From contig JBEKIG010000008.1 of NCBI GenBank assembly GCA_050011875.1, forward strand, positions 1 to 64,000: a stretch of DNA of 64,000 nucleotides. The letters run 5' to 3'. The notes beneath the pieces are model-generated. The model was not told the DNA's origin. It did not search any database and saw nothing but the letters and a program-made list of their open reading frames with translations. This DNA is from Nitrososphaeria archaeon (GTDB taxonomy: Archaea > Thermoproteota > Nitrososphaeria > JACIWG01). Each line of letters begins with the position of its first letter. Position 1 is the stretch's first letter. Positions 10,403-19,801 of the stretch are shown piece by piece. The position numbers and the translations under genes were made by a program.

Positions 10403-10927
10403 TCAATCTATCTCCTTCTTCACGGGATAGAACTGGTCTGTGATCTGCTTCGCTATAACTTCAGGAGGCTTCGCCAATCGCTTTGGAAATCTTGAAATCG
10501 AGAAGTAGTGAAGGACATCGGATGGACAGTATTTTACGCATTGAGGATCACCGCTGCATTGATCGCATATTTGAGCTATACCCTTGCTTGGATGGAATGT
10601 TATTCGTCCACCCCTTCCACTGTCGAGGCAAGCCTGATTGCAGGCTTTGCAGCCAGTGCAGAGGACTTCATCAACATTCATTAGAAAAGTCTTAGTGTCG
10701 TAGGTGAGGGCTTTTGTAGGACAGGCTCCGACGCATGGACGATCTTCGCAATATTGACATACTATGGGAACGTCTATAGGTCCAGGATAGAATTGGTAGA
10801 CTCTTATCCTAGAATACGCGGGGTTAAGTCGTTTCTCATGCTTTATGGCGCACATCTTCTCGCATATTCGACATCCACAACAGCCCGGTAGAGCGTGATC
10901 TTCATAAACTTGCATTGGATTACTCAT
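10403..10927 (-). CDS. 4Fe-4S dicluster subunit of the AOR module
   Basis: CxGCxxCxxxC, CxxCxxxxCxxxCP, CTGCKAC and CDQC...CVKYCP motifs; 17 nt upstream of AOR. Confidence 0.9.
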   Translation of the reverse strand: MSNPMQVYEDHALPGCCGCRICEKMCAIKHEKRLNPAYSRIRVYQFYPGPIDVPIVCQYCEDRPCVGACPTKALTYDTKTFLMNVDEVLCTGCKACNQACLDSGRGGRITFHPSKGIAQICDQCSGDPQCVKYCPSDVLHYFSISRFPKRLAKPPEVIAKQITDQFYPVKKEID

Positions 10928-11046
10928 CTGTTTTTCACCATAAAGTTTTTATTCACATAAGCTCAGTTCTTTTCGGGTTTAAAAAGATTTGCCATCTCCT
11001 GAAAAGAGAATTGAGCAGAGGTGGAGGGATTAATCATTTGGGGGAG

Positions 11047-11286
11047 ATGGTGACTATCAAGGTTCTGACTTCGCTTATGAAAGACTGGAACCTCCCTGAT
11101 AACCTGAAGATCACGTGGGACAGAAATGACGCTCAGCAAGTCTCTAGAGCTGAGGAAGTCTTTAAAGAGTATCTGAAGGAAGGATGGTTGGCCTTCAGTG
11201 AGGAGGCAGATAGGAGAAGACAGATCTTCCGATTTGATGCTGAACTCAACAAGATAATCCTTATCCCTCCATTGGGAGGAGGGTGA
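11047..11286 (+). CDS. Small protein ending in a Gly-Gly motif (IILIPPLGGG)
   Basis: GGGGAG immediately before ATG 11047; 79 aa; C-terminus resembles MoaD/SAMP tails. Confidence 0.7.
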   Translation: MVTIKVLTSLMKDWNLPDNLKITWDRNDAQQVSRAEEVFKEYLKEGWLAFSEEADRRRQIFRFDAELNKIILIPPLGGG

Positions 11287-11457
11287 AATAATTCCTCCTT
11301 CGTTCTTTTTACATACCTAGATTGATTATTTAATTATACGTACTTGAAAAAGGATCGGCCAAGGTTAAAGAGATTTATTTGAAGGCCGGAAGAGAAAATC
11401 CTGAGGAGGTTGCTAAGACGATTATGATAACGGCCCCTAGGCCTAATAATTATTGTG

Positions 11458-12744
11458 TTATAACATACATTTGACTATATTCGTACTATAGAGACATTCA
11501 CAACAGGAGCCTTCTATCCTTTGGCAATCTATTTCATTAGAGCGAATATAGAAACAATCCAATGTGGAGTACACACAATCGCCACACCAAGGAATTTTTT
11601 CATCGATGGATTTTCGAGATTCTCTAAAGCCAGCATATTCATCACTATTCCAAATGTCTTTTACACTTTGACCTTTGACATTACCGAAGGCCATCATGCC
11701 TATGTCTTTCGCGTGATGGTTTACATATTCTGTATGAGGGTACATATACTCAAGACATGGCACTGCACTTCCGTCAGCTCTGACGACCATTACTTCGTTT
11801 TTGATATAAGGGCATACTCTTGACTTCCTGTCAGCGAAGATGCTGGGAAACTCCAAATTAACGCCTCCTTTCCTGGCTATTCTAGATGATTTCTCGAAAA
11901 CATCTTCTACTTCTTTAGTTCTATCAAGCTGATCTCTCATCTTTAGTAGAAGTGGCAGGTTTATCCAATAGCCTTCATTTTCAGCTTTTTCCCAAAGGTT
12001 CCGATACCTTTCTAAGTCAGCCTGTTCATACTTCCCCGTATGGGTTAACCCATAGGCTCCAACTATCGCTGCATGTATGATCTCCCAACCCTTATCCAGA
12101 ACATTCCCAACTATTTCATAAGATTTCCTGCTTGAAGGGATATAGAGCTGTTGCCCATTCAAAATCTGTGAATATACTATAAGGTTAGTAACAAGTACAT
12201 CATCTATTCCGTTCTCTACGGCAAACTCTATAAGATTTGGCAGGTCCTTGTAGTTATCCTTCATCAATGTCACTTCTATAGAAAGAGAAAATGGAAGCTT
12301 AGACTTACTCTTAATCTTTGAAATATTCACCAAGTTTTCTATTATATTATTTCCCACAGCACCTACTCTAAATTTCTCAAGGAACGAATGCTCTAATGTA
12401 TCTAGTGAGAATAATATCTTGTTTACGCCAATATTCCTAATAAGCTTGTTGGCAAGATCGCCTGTCAACATGGAACCGTTAGTGCTGAAGTCTATTTCAC
12501 CCTCATCGCCAAGTTGTTCCCTAGTTAGCTTAACGATGTCCACAAAACTTTCGTGAACAAGAGGCTCCCCTAGACCATGCAAAATAATTTTGTTCAAGTC
12601 TCCAAAAGACTCGGATAACTTCCTAAATGTTGAGAAATTCATTTCCTCTTCATTAATATTCCAGAAGTTCCGAATACAGTAGATACATTTGAAATTACAT
12701 TTGTTAGTAACCTCAATCTGAATTGCTCTAGGGAATGTGGACAT
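11458..12744 (-). CDS. Radical SAM/SPASM protein, tungsten-cofactor oxidoreductase maturase-like (Cmo-like)
   Basis: CNFKCIYC (CxxxCxxC); Cys-rich SPASM C-terminus (CPY, PWCGDC, CCECLY); directly downstream of an AOR gene. Confidence 0.8.
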   Translation of the reverse strand: MSTFPRAIQIEVTNKCNFKCIYCIRNFWNINEEEMNFSTFRKLSESFGDLNKIILHGLGEPLVHESFVDIVKLTREQLGDEGEIDFSTNGSMLTGDLANKLIRNIGVNKILFSLDTLEHSFLEKFRVGAVGNNIIENLVNISKIKSKSKLPFSLSIEVTLMKDNYKDLPNLIEFAVENGIDDVLVTNLIVYSQILNGQQLYIPSSRKSYEIVGNVLDKGWEIIHAAIVGAYGLTHTGKYEQADLERYRNLWEKAENEGYWINLPLLLKMRDQLDRTKEVEDVFEKSSRIARKGGVNLEFPSIFADRKSRVCPYIKNEVMVVRADGSAVPCLEYMYPHTEYVNHHAKDIGMMAFGNVKGQSVKDIWNSDEYAGFRESRKSIDEKIPWCGDCVYSTLDCFYIRSNEIDCQRIEGSCCECLYSTNIVKCML

Positions 12745-12803
12745 GACTCTGCACTAGTTATCCGCAACATACAGGTGGAAAGATAGCGAAAAAAGAAAAA
12801 GGG

Positions 12804-14651
12804 TTAGAGCTCAATTTCAAGCTCTTTCAACTTCTGTGGGGTTGGTACTCCATTTACCCATTCCCTGAGATTGTAATACTCTTTCTTCATTGTTTCCAGG
12901 TCGACTGTCTGTCCCTTCACTGGGCCCTCTGGCATGGGTTCAGACAGCAGACGAGAAGGTAGAGTATCATCTTTGTCTGTGAATCCATATTTGCTAATTA
13001 TGAAGCGCTCAAGGTTATAAATTCTTTCACCCATCTTCATTATTTCATCTTCTGTGAGACTCCATCCAGTTACAGCTGACAATAGAGATGCTAGATCAGA
13101 CGCACTCAAAGCAAAGGTTGTGAATAGACAGGTGACTGTAGAGTTCACTACACATGTCAAATCTTGGAAGGTTTTTGTCCACTTGGCTTTCCCTTCAGTA
13201 GTTAGTGGATCAATTTTTTCCGGGAGCCCTACTATTTCAGGAGCAATTGTATAGCCTGTCACGTGACAGCCTCCACGATTAGCGGTTGCATAGTTCAAGC
13301 CCATTCCTTTTACTCCTCGTGGATCATAGGCAGGCATCTCAAGCCCTTTGACAGTCATGGAAATCTCAGGAGCTCCAAACATTTCACAGAGTCTCTTTGA
13401 TCCTAGAGCTAAGTATTTTCCAAATCCATCTTTGTGAGCGATCCTCCAAACTGAATCAACTAAAGCAGAGGCATTTCCAAAAGATAGATCCATACCTTGA
13501 AGGTCTCCATCCTTAATGTAGCCTTTCTGGTGTAGTTCCATTGCAGCTGCAATTGTTGAACCGACTGAGATGGGGTCAAGTCCGAATTCATCACATAGGT
13601 GGTTTGCCTTTATGACAGCACCCATATCCATGACCCCTGTTGAGTTCCCCAGTGCCCATATGCTTTCATATTCTGGCCCCTCTGTGTGAAGTATTTGATA
13701 TGGGCCAGAGTTTACGGTAGTTGCGCGCCCACAAGCGATGTTGCATCCCCAACATGGCCTTTTCTTTTCGAGATATTGCTTTGTTAGAGTTTCTCCGCTG
13801 ATCTTGTCTGCTTCAGGATTAAATCCGAGCTGCCAGTTCATATAAGGCAAGATTCCTGCATTGTTTACAACATTGACTAGGACTGCTGTACCATAGGTTG
13901 GAAGACCTTCACCTGTAACGGAGTTCTTCCTTTCCTTTTCATAAGCTGCCTTAGAAGCCTCATTTAACTTTGCAGGATCCGCAATCGAAACATTTCCAGA
14001 ACCAGACACAACTACGGCCTTCAGCCTCTTCGATCCCATGACAGCACCTAATCCGGTTCTTCCTGCCGCACGATGCTTATCGTTCACGATTGCAGCCATT
14101 GGTACAAGATTCTCTCCAGCAACTCCTATACATGCTACGCTTACATTTTTCCCGCTTACAGTCTTCCTAAGAAACTCATCAGTATCGAAGACCGTCTTCC
14201 CCCAATACTCGGATGCATCATGAACCTCTATTGCACCATCTACGGCAGAGATGTAAACTGGTTTGTCAGAAGAACCTTTAATTACTAAAGCATCGAAACC
14301 TGAGAATTTTAGGAAGGCACCGAATTCTCCTCCAGAGTTCCCACTACCTATGGAACCTGTTAGTGGAGAACGTAACGCCATTGCCTGATATCTTCCAGGT
14401 GATGGGAAGCCTGGTATTCCAGTACCAGGACCTGTTGCAAATATGAGAACATTGTCCGCACCTAAGGGATCTAGGTCTCTTGCTGCGTGGCCTTCAGACT
14501 CAAATTCCTTCAAGTATTCGTAGAGAAGTGCTAGTGCGTAGCCTTTCCCTCCGAGATACTTCTTTGTGTATTCTTCGCATGTGGCCTTAATTTTCACTGT
14601 TTTATCAGAAAGATCTATTACACCAATTTTTCCAATATATCCGTTTTGCAT
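12804..14651 (-). CDS. aor: Tungsten-dependent aldehyde:ferredoxin oxidoreductase
   Basis: 615 aa; AAGRTGLGAVMGSKRLKA, CWGCNIAC, GPEYE, DEFGLD, YDPRG, NRGGCH; close to the classical AOR pattern. Confidence 0.9.
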   Translation of the reverse strand: MQNGYIGKIGVIDLSDKTVKIKATCEEYTKKYLGGKGYALALLYEYLKEFESEGHAARDLDPLGADNVLIFATGPGTGIPGFPSPGRYQAMALRSPLTGSIGSGNSGGEFGAFLKFSGFDALVIKGSSDKPVYISAVDGAIEVHDASEYWGKTVFDTDEFLRKTVSGKNVSVACIGVAGENLVPMAAIVNDKHRAAGRTGLGAVMGSKRLKAVVVSGSGNVSIADPAKLNEASKAAYEKERKNSVTGEGLPTYGTAVLVNVVNNAGILPYMNWQLGFNPEADKISGETLTKQYLEKKRPCWGCNIACGRATTVNSGPYQILHTEGPEYESIWALGNSTGVMDMGAVIKANHLCDEFGLDPISVGSTIAAAMELHQKGYIKDGDLQGMDLSFGNASALVDSVWRIAHKDGFGKYLALGSKRLCEMFGAPEISMTVKGLEMPAYDPRGVKGMGLNYATANRGGCHVTGYTIAPEIVGLPEKIDPLTTEGKAKWTKTFQDLTCVVNSTVTCLFTTFALSASDLASLLSAVTGWSLTEDEIMKMGERIYNLERFIISKYGFTDKDDTLPSRLLSEPMPEGPVKGQTVDLETMKKEYYNLREWVNGVPTPQKLKELEIEL

Positions 14652-14784
14652 GACTTTTCACTTTTTTTAGTCTAACAGGCTTATAATCTTTTGTAAAATT
14701 ATGATGACCTTTCAGACTTTACCAGAGAAATTGTAAAGAGACTTTCTAAAAGATATATATTCTTTTTTTGATGTTTAACCTCTA

Positions 14785-15306
14785 ATGGAAACTGTTAGAG
14801 TATTAATAGTATATGACAGTAAGACCGGAAATGTTGAGACAATGGCGCACGCGGTTGAAGAAGGAGCTGAAGAAGCAGGAGCCTTAGTTGACCTGAAAAG
14901 GGTTGAAGATGTTGATATCAACACTTTTTCTTCTTATGATGCATACGCATTTGGCTCTCCTACACATTGTGGTACTATGAGCGTTAAAATGAATGATTTT
15001 ATCAACAACAGAATGCACCCAAAATATTGGGGAAAATTGAGATACAAAGTTGCAGTAGCATTTACTTCTTCTGGAGGACTAGGAGGAGGAAATGAAACTG
15101 TTCTTTGGGCGTTAATATCCACAATATTAAATTTTGGTATGATGACTTTCGGTATACCCGATTATGTTTCCAAGGATGTTACACTACATTATGGTGCTGT
15201 AGCAATAAAAAAACCAAACAAGAATTCGCTAAATGCGTGTAGACTGCTTGGTAGACAGTTGGTCGAGTACGCTAAAGTGGTAAAAGCTGGCCTTAACGCC
15301 AAATAA
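14785..15306 (+). CDS. Flavodoxin / WrbA-like NAD(P)H:quinone oxidoreductase
   Basis: YDSKTGNVETMA, GSPTHCG, FTSSGGLGGGNE. Confidence 0.88.
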   Translation: METVRVLIVYDSKTGNVETMAHAVEEGAEEAGALVDLKRVEDVDINTFSSYDAYAFGSPTHCGTMSVKMNDFINNRMHPKYWGKLRYKVAVAFTSSGGLGGGNETVLWALISTILNFGMMTFGIPDYVSKDVTLHYGAVAIKKPNKNSLNACRLLGRQLVEYAKVVKAGLNAK

Positions 15307-15493
15307 GTGGGTAGAAATTTACCAATGGCAATAATGTTCATTAAATTCATCCATATATATCTTTAAGAATAGAATAATAAGACACTTACAAATTTACTAA
15401 CTTTAAATTTGGTGATAGAATAAAAAATAGAATGTGGCTAGTTGATCTCTAGCCTTTTTAGTTTGTCACGGTTTCTTTTTTGGTTCAAGTATT

Positions 15494-15667
15494 TTAGAGG
15501 GGCTCAGGGGAGCAAAGATTTTCCGCCTTGCCAGCTGCACGGCCACAGTCTTTGCAGATATATTTCGCGTTCTTCGCAAGAGGCTTCAACTTCTCTGTTG
15601 GCACTTTGTCCTCCACCATCTTACATAAGTGTTTTTCATGTCCTTTATGAGGTTGGGCTTTTGACAA
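15494..15667 (-). CDS. Small His/Cys metal-binding protein (57 aa)
   Basis: HKGHEKHLC...YICKDCGRAA...NLCSP; AGGTG upstream of TTG 15667. Confidence 0.65.
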   Translation of the reverse strand: MSKAQPHKGHEKHLCKMVEDKVPTEKLKPLAKNAKYICKDCGRAAGKAENLCSPEPL

Positions 15668-16125
15668 AACTTGCACCTGAATTACAAGGAAACAATGTTG
15701 AATATAAAAACCTTGTTGTTAAGGAGAAAATGGCTTCAAACGATCTAGGAATACCCAAATTCACCTACCACGTTCCGTCCACAGCAACAAAGCAGTGACA
15801 GCTGCACTTCAAAACCCGCACTGGGGGCTCGTGACCCTGCGCTTAAGCTGGCTTAGGAACGTTTGCGAGTTCGAAAAGGGCGGCTACTGCAAAAAAGCAA
15901 AAAAGAATTGTGACGCTCAAAACTGCCCCCAAACCAAAAATAAGAATTATAACCATTTTACGCCAATTTCGTGACAAGCCAGCGCACGTTTTTTTTTATT
16001 GAGAGAGTTAGTTAGGCAGTTTGGGTTTTGGATAAGACTTTACCCCAACCAACCAGAAAACGAAGATGAATGCGGAAGATTTATATTGAACAGAGAGCAT
16101 TTAACAGAATAGTTGAGGGCTTCGA

Positions 16126-16677
16126 ATGTCCAATTTTGGCTTCAAAACTATGGCTTTCACATTCAAGATTCGGGATTTCTTCAAACCGCGCAAGGACATA
16201 GTGAAGGAAGTGGGCATAAAAGAGGGATTTCGTGTTCTGGATTATGGTAGTGGGTCTGGAAGTTACATACCAGTTGTCTCTGAATTGGTTGGAAAGTCAG
16301 GGAAAGTTTATGCTTTGGATATTCAGCCCCTTGCCATCAAGATGGTTAAGAATATCGTTGCAAAGAAACAGCTGAAAAATGTGGAGACGATTCTTTCAGA
16401 CCGCAAGACTGGACTGCCAGACGACAGCATTGACAGCGTCTTGTTATATGATGTCTTCCATGACTTGACAGACTCCGATGGAGTGTTAGAAGAACTGCAT
16501 CGTGTGTTGAAGCCAAATGGAATCCTGTCCCTTAGTGACCATCACCTGAAAGAGAACGAGGCAGTGTCGAGCTTGACCAAGACAGAGTTATTCACGCTGT
16601 TGCGGAAAGGACAAAAAACATACAGCTTCATAAAAGCGACTGGAGGAAGAAGACAAGCTCGAACGACTATCGACTAG
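16126..16677 (+). CDS. Class I SAM-dependent methyltransferase
   Basis: VLDYGSGSG, VYALDI, RVLKPNG motifs. Confidence 0.9.
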   Translation: MSNFGFKTMAFTFKIRDFFKPRKDIVKEVGIKEGFRVLDYGSGSGSYIPVVSELVGKSGKVYALDIQPLAIKMVKNIVAKKQLKNVETILSDRKTGLPDDSIDSVLLYDVFHDLTDSDGVLEELHRVLKPNGILSLSDHHLKENEAVSSLTKTELFTLLRKGQKTYSFIKATGGRRQARTTID

Positions 16678-16862
16678 ATTCCATATTACAAAACATATTT
16701 TACCTATTCCTTTTGCATTTTTTATCCCAAAAAGTGGCTCTTTTGTCAGCTAAATCGGTCAGTATTATTAAATAGTTTACATCATGAAAAGAAGATATTA
16801 GTTTGTTACTATGCATATATAGCCATTAATTCGTCTAATTGAACGAGGTTGATGTTTTAAAC

Positions 16863-18008
16863 ATGTACGATTTGCTGCTAAAAGGTGGTATTATTATTGA
16901 CCCTTCGCAAAACTTGCACAGACAACAGGACATAGCGTGCAGCAAAGGTGTAATTGAAGCAGTTGAAGGTGATATTTCAGCTGACCAAGCTAGGGAAGTC
17001 CTCGATGTCTCTAGATATTTCGTAGCTCCTGGTTTTATTGACTTACATGTTCATGTCTATCCGGGAGTCAGCCATTATGGCATAGAATGTGACCCGTACA
17101 ATCTTGCAAATGGAGTTACAACTCTTGCTGAAGCAGGCTCCGCTGGCGCAGATACCTTTGAAGGTTTCCGCAGATATGTCGTTGACTCATCGAGGGCGAG
17201 GATCTACACTTTCTTGAATATTTCTTCGATGGGGATGATTTCACCGAATGTTGGGGAACTTGAAGATCTCCGTTTTGCAGATGTGGGGAAGGCAGTCAGA
17301 ACTTGTGACAGGAATCGGGATATTATGCGGGGAATAAAGGTAAGGCTTTCCAAAAACATCGTGGGAAAAAACAAGACTGAACCCTTGAAACTTGCTCTCA
17401 GGGCTGCAGAAGAGGTCGGAATGCCTGTTATGGTCCATCACGGAAACACACCAACGCCTCTAACGGACATATTGAATGAGCTGCGCAAAGGGGACATTCT
17501 CACCCACTGTTTTCACGGGCTAGAGCATGGAATACTTGACAGCGATGGAGTGGTTCTTGAATCCGTTAAGGACGCTATTAAAAGAGGCGTAATCCTCGAT
17601 GTGGGTCACGGTAAGGGAAGCTTTAGCTTCGATGTCGCAGAAAAAGCTTTATCCCAGGGAATAGTGCCGGAAACTATCAGCACAGACCTCCATTACTATA
17701 ACGTCTTTGGCCCCGTCTACAACCTTGCGGTCACGGCCTCAAAATTTCTCTATTTGGGCTTGACTTTAGATCAGGTGCTTGATAGGATCACAATTAAGCC
17801 AGCTAAGGTACTCGGAGTCGATAGAAATCTTGGAAACTTGAGAAAGGGAAGTTTAGCTGACATTACCGTATTCGAATTGAAAGAAGGTACATTTATTTTT
17901 GAAGATACCGTTGGGAAGGTTGTAACAGGTAGGAAGTTGATAGTGCCTGTTGCGGTAATCAAGGGCGGTCAAATTTATGTTAGTAAGCTAAAGCTTATTG
18001 GAAGATAA
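16863..18008 (+). CDS. Amidohydrolase (dihydroorotase-like / deacetylase family)
   Basis: PGFIDLHVH, DAGS-like EAGSAG, GIKVR, MVH, LTHCF, DVGHG, ISTDLH; ATG 16863. Confidence 0.88.
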   Translation: MYDLLLKGGIIIDPSQNLHRQQDIACSKGVIEAVEGDISADQAREVLDVSRYFVAPGFIDLHVHVYPGVSHYGIECDPYNLANGVTTLAEAGSAGADTFEGFRRYVVDSSRARIYTFLNISSMGMISPNVGELEDLRFADVGKAVRTCDRNRDIMRGIKVRLSKNIVGKNKTEPLKLALRAAEEVGMPVMVHHGNTPTPLTDILNELRKGDILTHCFHGLEHGILDSDGVVLESVKDAIKRGVILDVGHGKGSFSFDVAEKALSQGIVPETISTDLHYYNVFGPVYNLAVTASKFLYLGLTLDQVLDRITIKPAKVLGVDRNLGNLRKGSLADITVFELKEGTFIFEDTVGKVVTGRKLIVPVAVIKGGQIYVSKLKLIGR

Positions 18009-18243
18009 AGTTAAACGTAATGAACGAAAGGATGCCCTAAGAAATAATTACAGTTCCCCTTTTAGTGCAAGGTTCCTGAATCATCGCTAGTTTTTATATC
18101 AAAGAAATCAATTGGTGCAGGGTTTCACCAGCTTCCTTCAAGGCCGTCCTTCAACGTCCACGTTGTTATTCAGGTTTTGGCTCCATTTTCTACAGTCCCG
18201 ACACTATCCTCGCCGGTGAGCCTTAATCCTACAAGTCTAAGAA

Positions 18244-18660
18244 CTAGACCGATTTTTTGGCGACGATCTCGCTCGCTATTTGATCCATCGTTTTTCCTTC
18301 GGTATTTATTCCTAGATTGCGAGCAACCTCTAAAAGCTTGTCCTCAGTAGAGCCACTCGCTCCAGGCTTTTTGGCGACGATTTCGCTCGCCACCTGATCC
18401 ATCGATTTTCCTTCTGTATTTATTCCTAAATTATGAGCAACCTCTAACAACTTCTCATCGCTAGAGCTATTCCCTTCAGCTGCGACATTGACCACATTGG
18501 CATTTTCCTCACCAACACCTGATTGGGCTTTCTTAAACTCTTTCTGAGCCATGCCAAGTGAGCGGGCGAGTTGAGGTATCTTATTAGGCCCCCAGATTAG
18601 GAAGACAGCTAAAGCACCTACTATTACAGTGATCTCTATTGGATCCATCTTTATCGTCAA
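18244..18660 (-). CDS. tatA: Twin-arginine translocase TatA/E subunit with a duplicated C-terminal motif
   Basis: N-terminal TM helix, WGPNKIPQLARSLG hinge/amphipathic helix, EFKKA. Confidence 0.85.
   Translation of the reverse strand: MTIKMDPIEITVIVGALAVFLIWGPNKIPQLARSLGMAQKEFKKAQSGVGEENANVVNVAAEGNSSSDEKLLEVAHNLGINTEGKSMDQVASEIVAKKPGASGSTEDKLLEVARNLGINTEGKTMDQIASEIVAKKSV
18253..18459 (-). repeat. Intragenic tandem repeat with 114-bp period in tatA
   Basis: EKLLEVAHNLGINTEGKSMDQVASEIVAKK / DKLLEVARNLGINTEGKTMDQIASEIVAKK; the DNA copies are offset by 114 nt. Confidence 0.9.
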
Positions 18661-18853
18661 ACCATTTGGAGAGGGATGTATATAGGTCTAACGTTTGAAC
18701 CCGATATATTTGCAATTTTAGTTGATTCTGAACTTGATTAGACTCAATATATCTTGTAATGGTGGGTCTAAAATGATTTTCCCAAAAAAGGCTGATGAAA
18801 TGTTCTCAACATTGAGGAGAATCTATTGGAAGTCAAGTATTTTAATAAATGAA

Positions 18854-19801
18854 TTAGAGTTGTGCGTAAACTTTGCACAGGGATTCAAGAACCGTGGAGG
18901 TTGTAATAAGCCTCTTGGGATCCGGATAAAGCGTACCTGTGTCCTTACAGGTCCAAGGCTCAAAGCAGCCATTTTTGGTGAGCCTTATGATCGGCACACC
19001 TTTCCAGCTGCCGTCTGTTCCCTGCTCCCGAACAAGCTGATCTACGAGCTCAAGGACATTAGGCTCGCCCAATTCTGTAAATATAAACAGGACACATGAA
19101 ATCAGGAGGGCAGATTCAAAAGCGTTCTTGGGACTGACTCGAAACAGGCTCTCTTTAGTTTTAGTTTTGTCGAATCGAGCACCGATCGCGTCCAGAAGTG
19201 ACAGATTTACTTCGGTGCCATATAGGAATGAATCCCACCAGAAGGAGTTCCATAGCCCGTCAGCAGTTCTCTGCTTCAACACATATTCCATGCCCTTTTT
19301 TATGAAAGGGGTTTTGCGAACGTACTTTGTCAGAAGTGCCTGAAGGACGACAGGGGTAACGTCGAGATGGGAGACCCTCCAAGAGTCCGTTCTGCCAGTG
19401 GCGAGATATGTCGAGAAGCCTCCGTCACTGCACTGGAACTCCATCAGGAGTTTATAACTCCTAATCTGTACGTCAATCCCTTCAGAAGCCAGGAACAGTA
19501 TCGCGTAAGCCGTAGAGTCCGCATCCGATCCAGCCTCCCTATTGTACCCCCAACCCCCGTCTGGGTATTGGTTTCCTAGGAGCCATTTGGAGGCAGAAAG
19601 CGTCGAATCCGCAGTCCTCCTTCTTAGTCTGCCTGGAACGTGCCTTAACTTGTATCCCACGTAGGCAGTTACCCACGCGTCTGACCATCCGGGCGGCAGT
19701 TGGCAGTCCACCCAGCTTCCGTCATCGGATTGATGTAAGAATATGTACTCTAAGGAGCTGGCTATGGATCTTTCTACGGCCTCCTTCCTTTTCGCGCTCA
19801 A
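18854..19801 (-). CDS. Monodomain class II terpene cyclase-like protein (QW / prenyltransferase-squalene oxidase repeats)
   Basis: Five QW-type motifs (QSDDGSW, QYPDGGW, QCSDGGF, QRTADGLW, QGTDGSW) and SDADST acid motif; 315 aa fits a single alpha6/alpha6 barrel. Confidence 0.8.
   Translation of the reverse strand: MSAKRKEAVERSIASSLEYIFLHQSDDGSWVDCQLPPGWSDAWVTAYVGYKLRHVPGRLRRRTADSTLSASKWLLGNQYPDGGWGYNREAGSDADSTAYAILFLASEGIDVQIRSYKLLMEFQCSDGGFSTYLATGRTDSWRVSHLDVTPVVLQALLTKYVRKTPFIKKGMEYVLKQRTADGLWNSFWWDSFLYGTEVNLSLLDAIGARFDKTKTKESLFRVSPKNAFESALLISCVLFIFTELGEPNVLELVDQLVREQGTDGSWKGVPIIRLTKNGCFEPWTCKDTGTLYPDPKRLITTSTVLESLCKVYAQL

Noticed and set aside
18854-19801. Squalene-hopene cyclase / hopanoid synthesis
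   Set aside because: About half the expected length, no DxDD motif and no squalene synthase genes nearby
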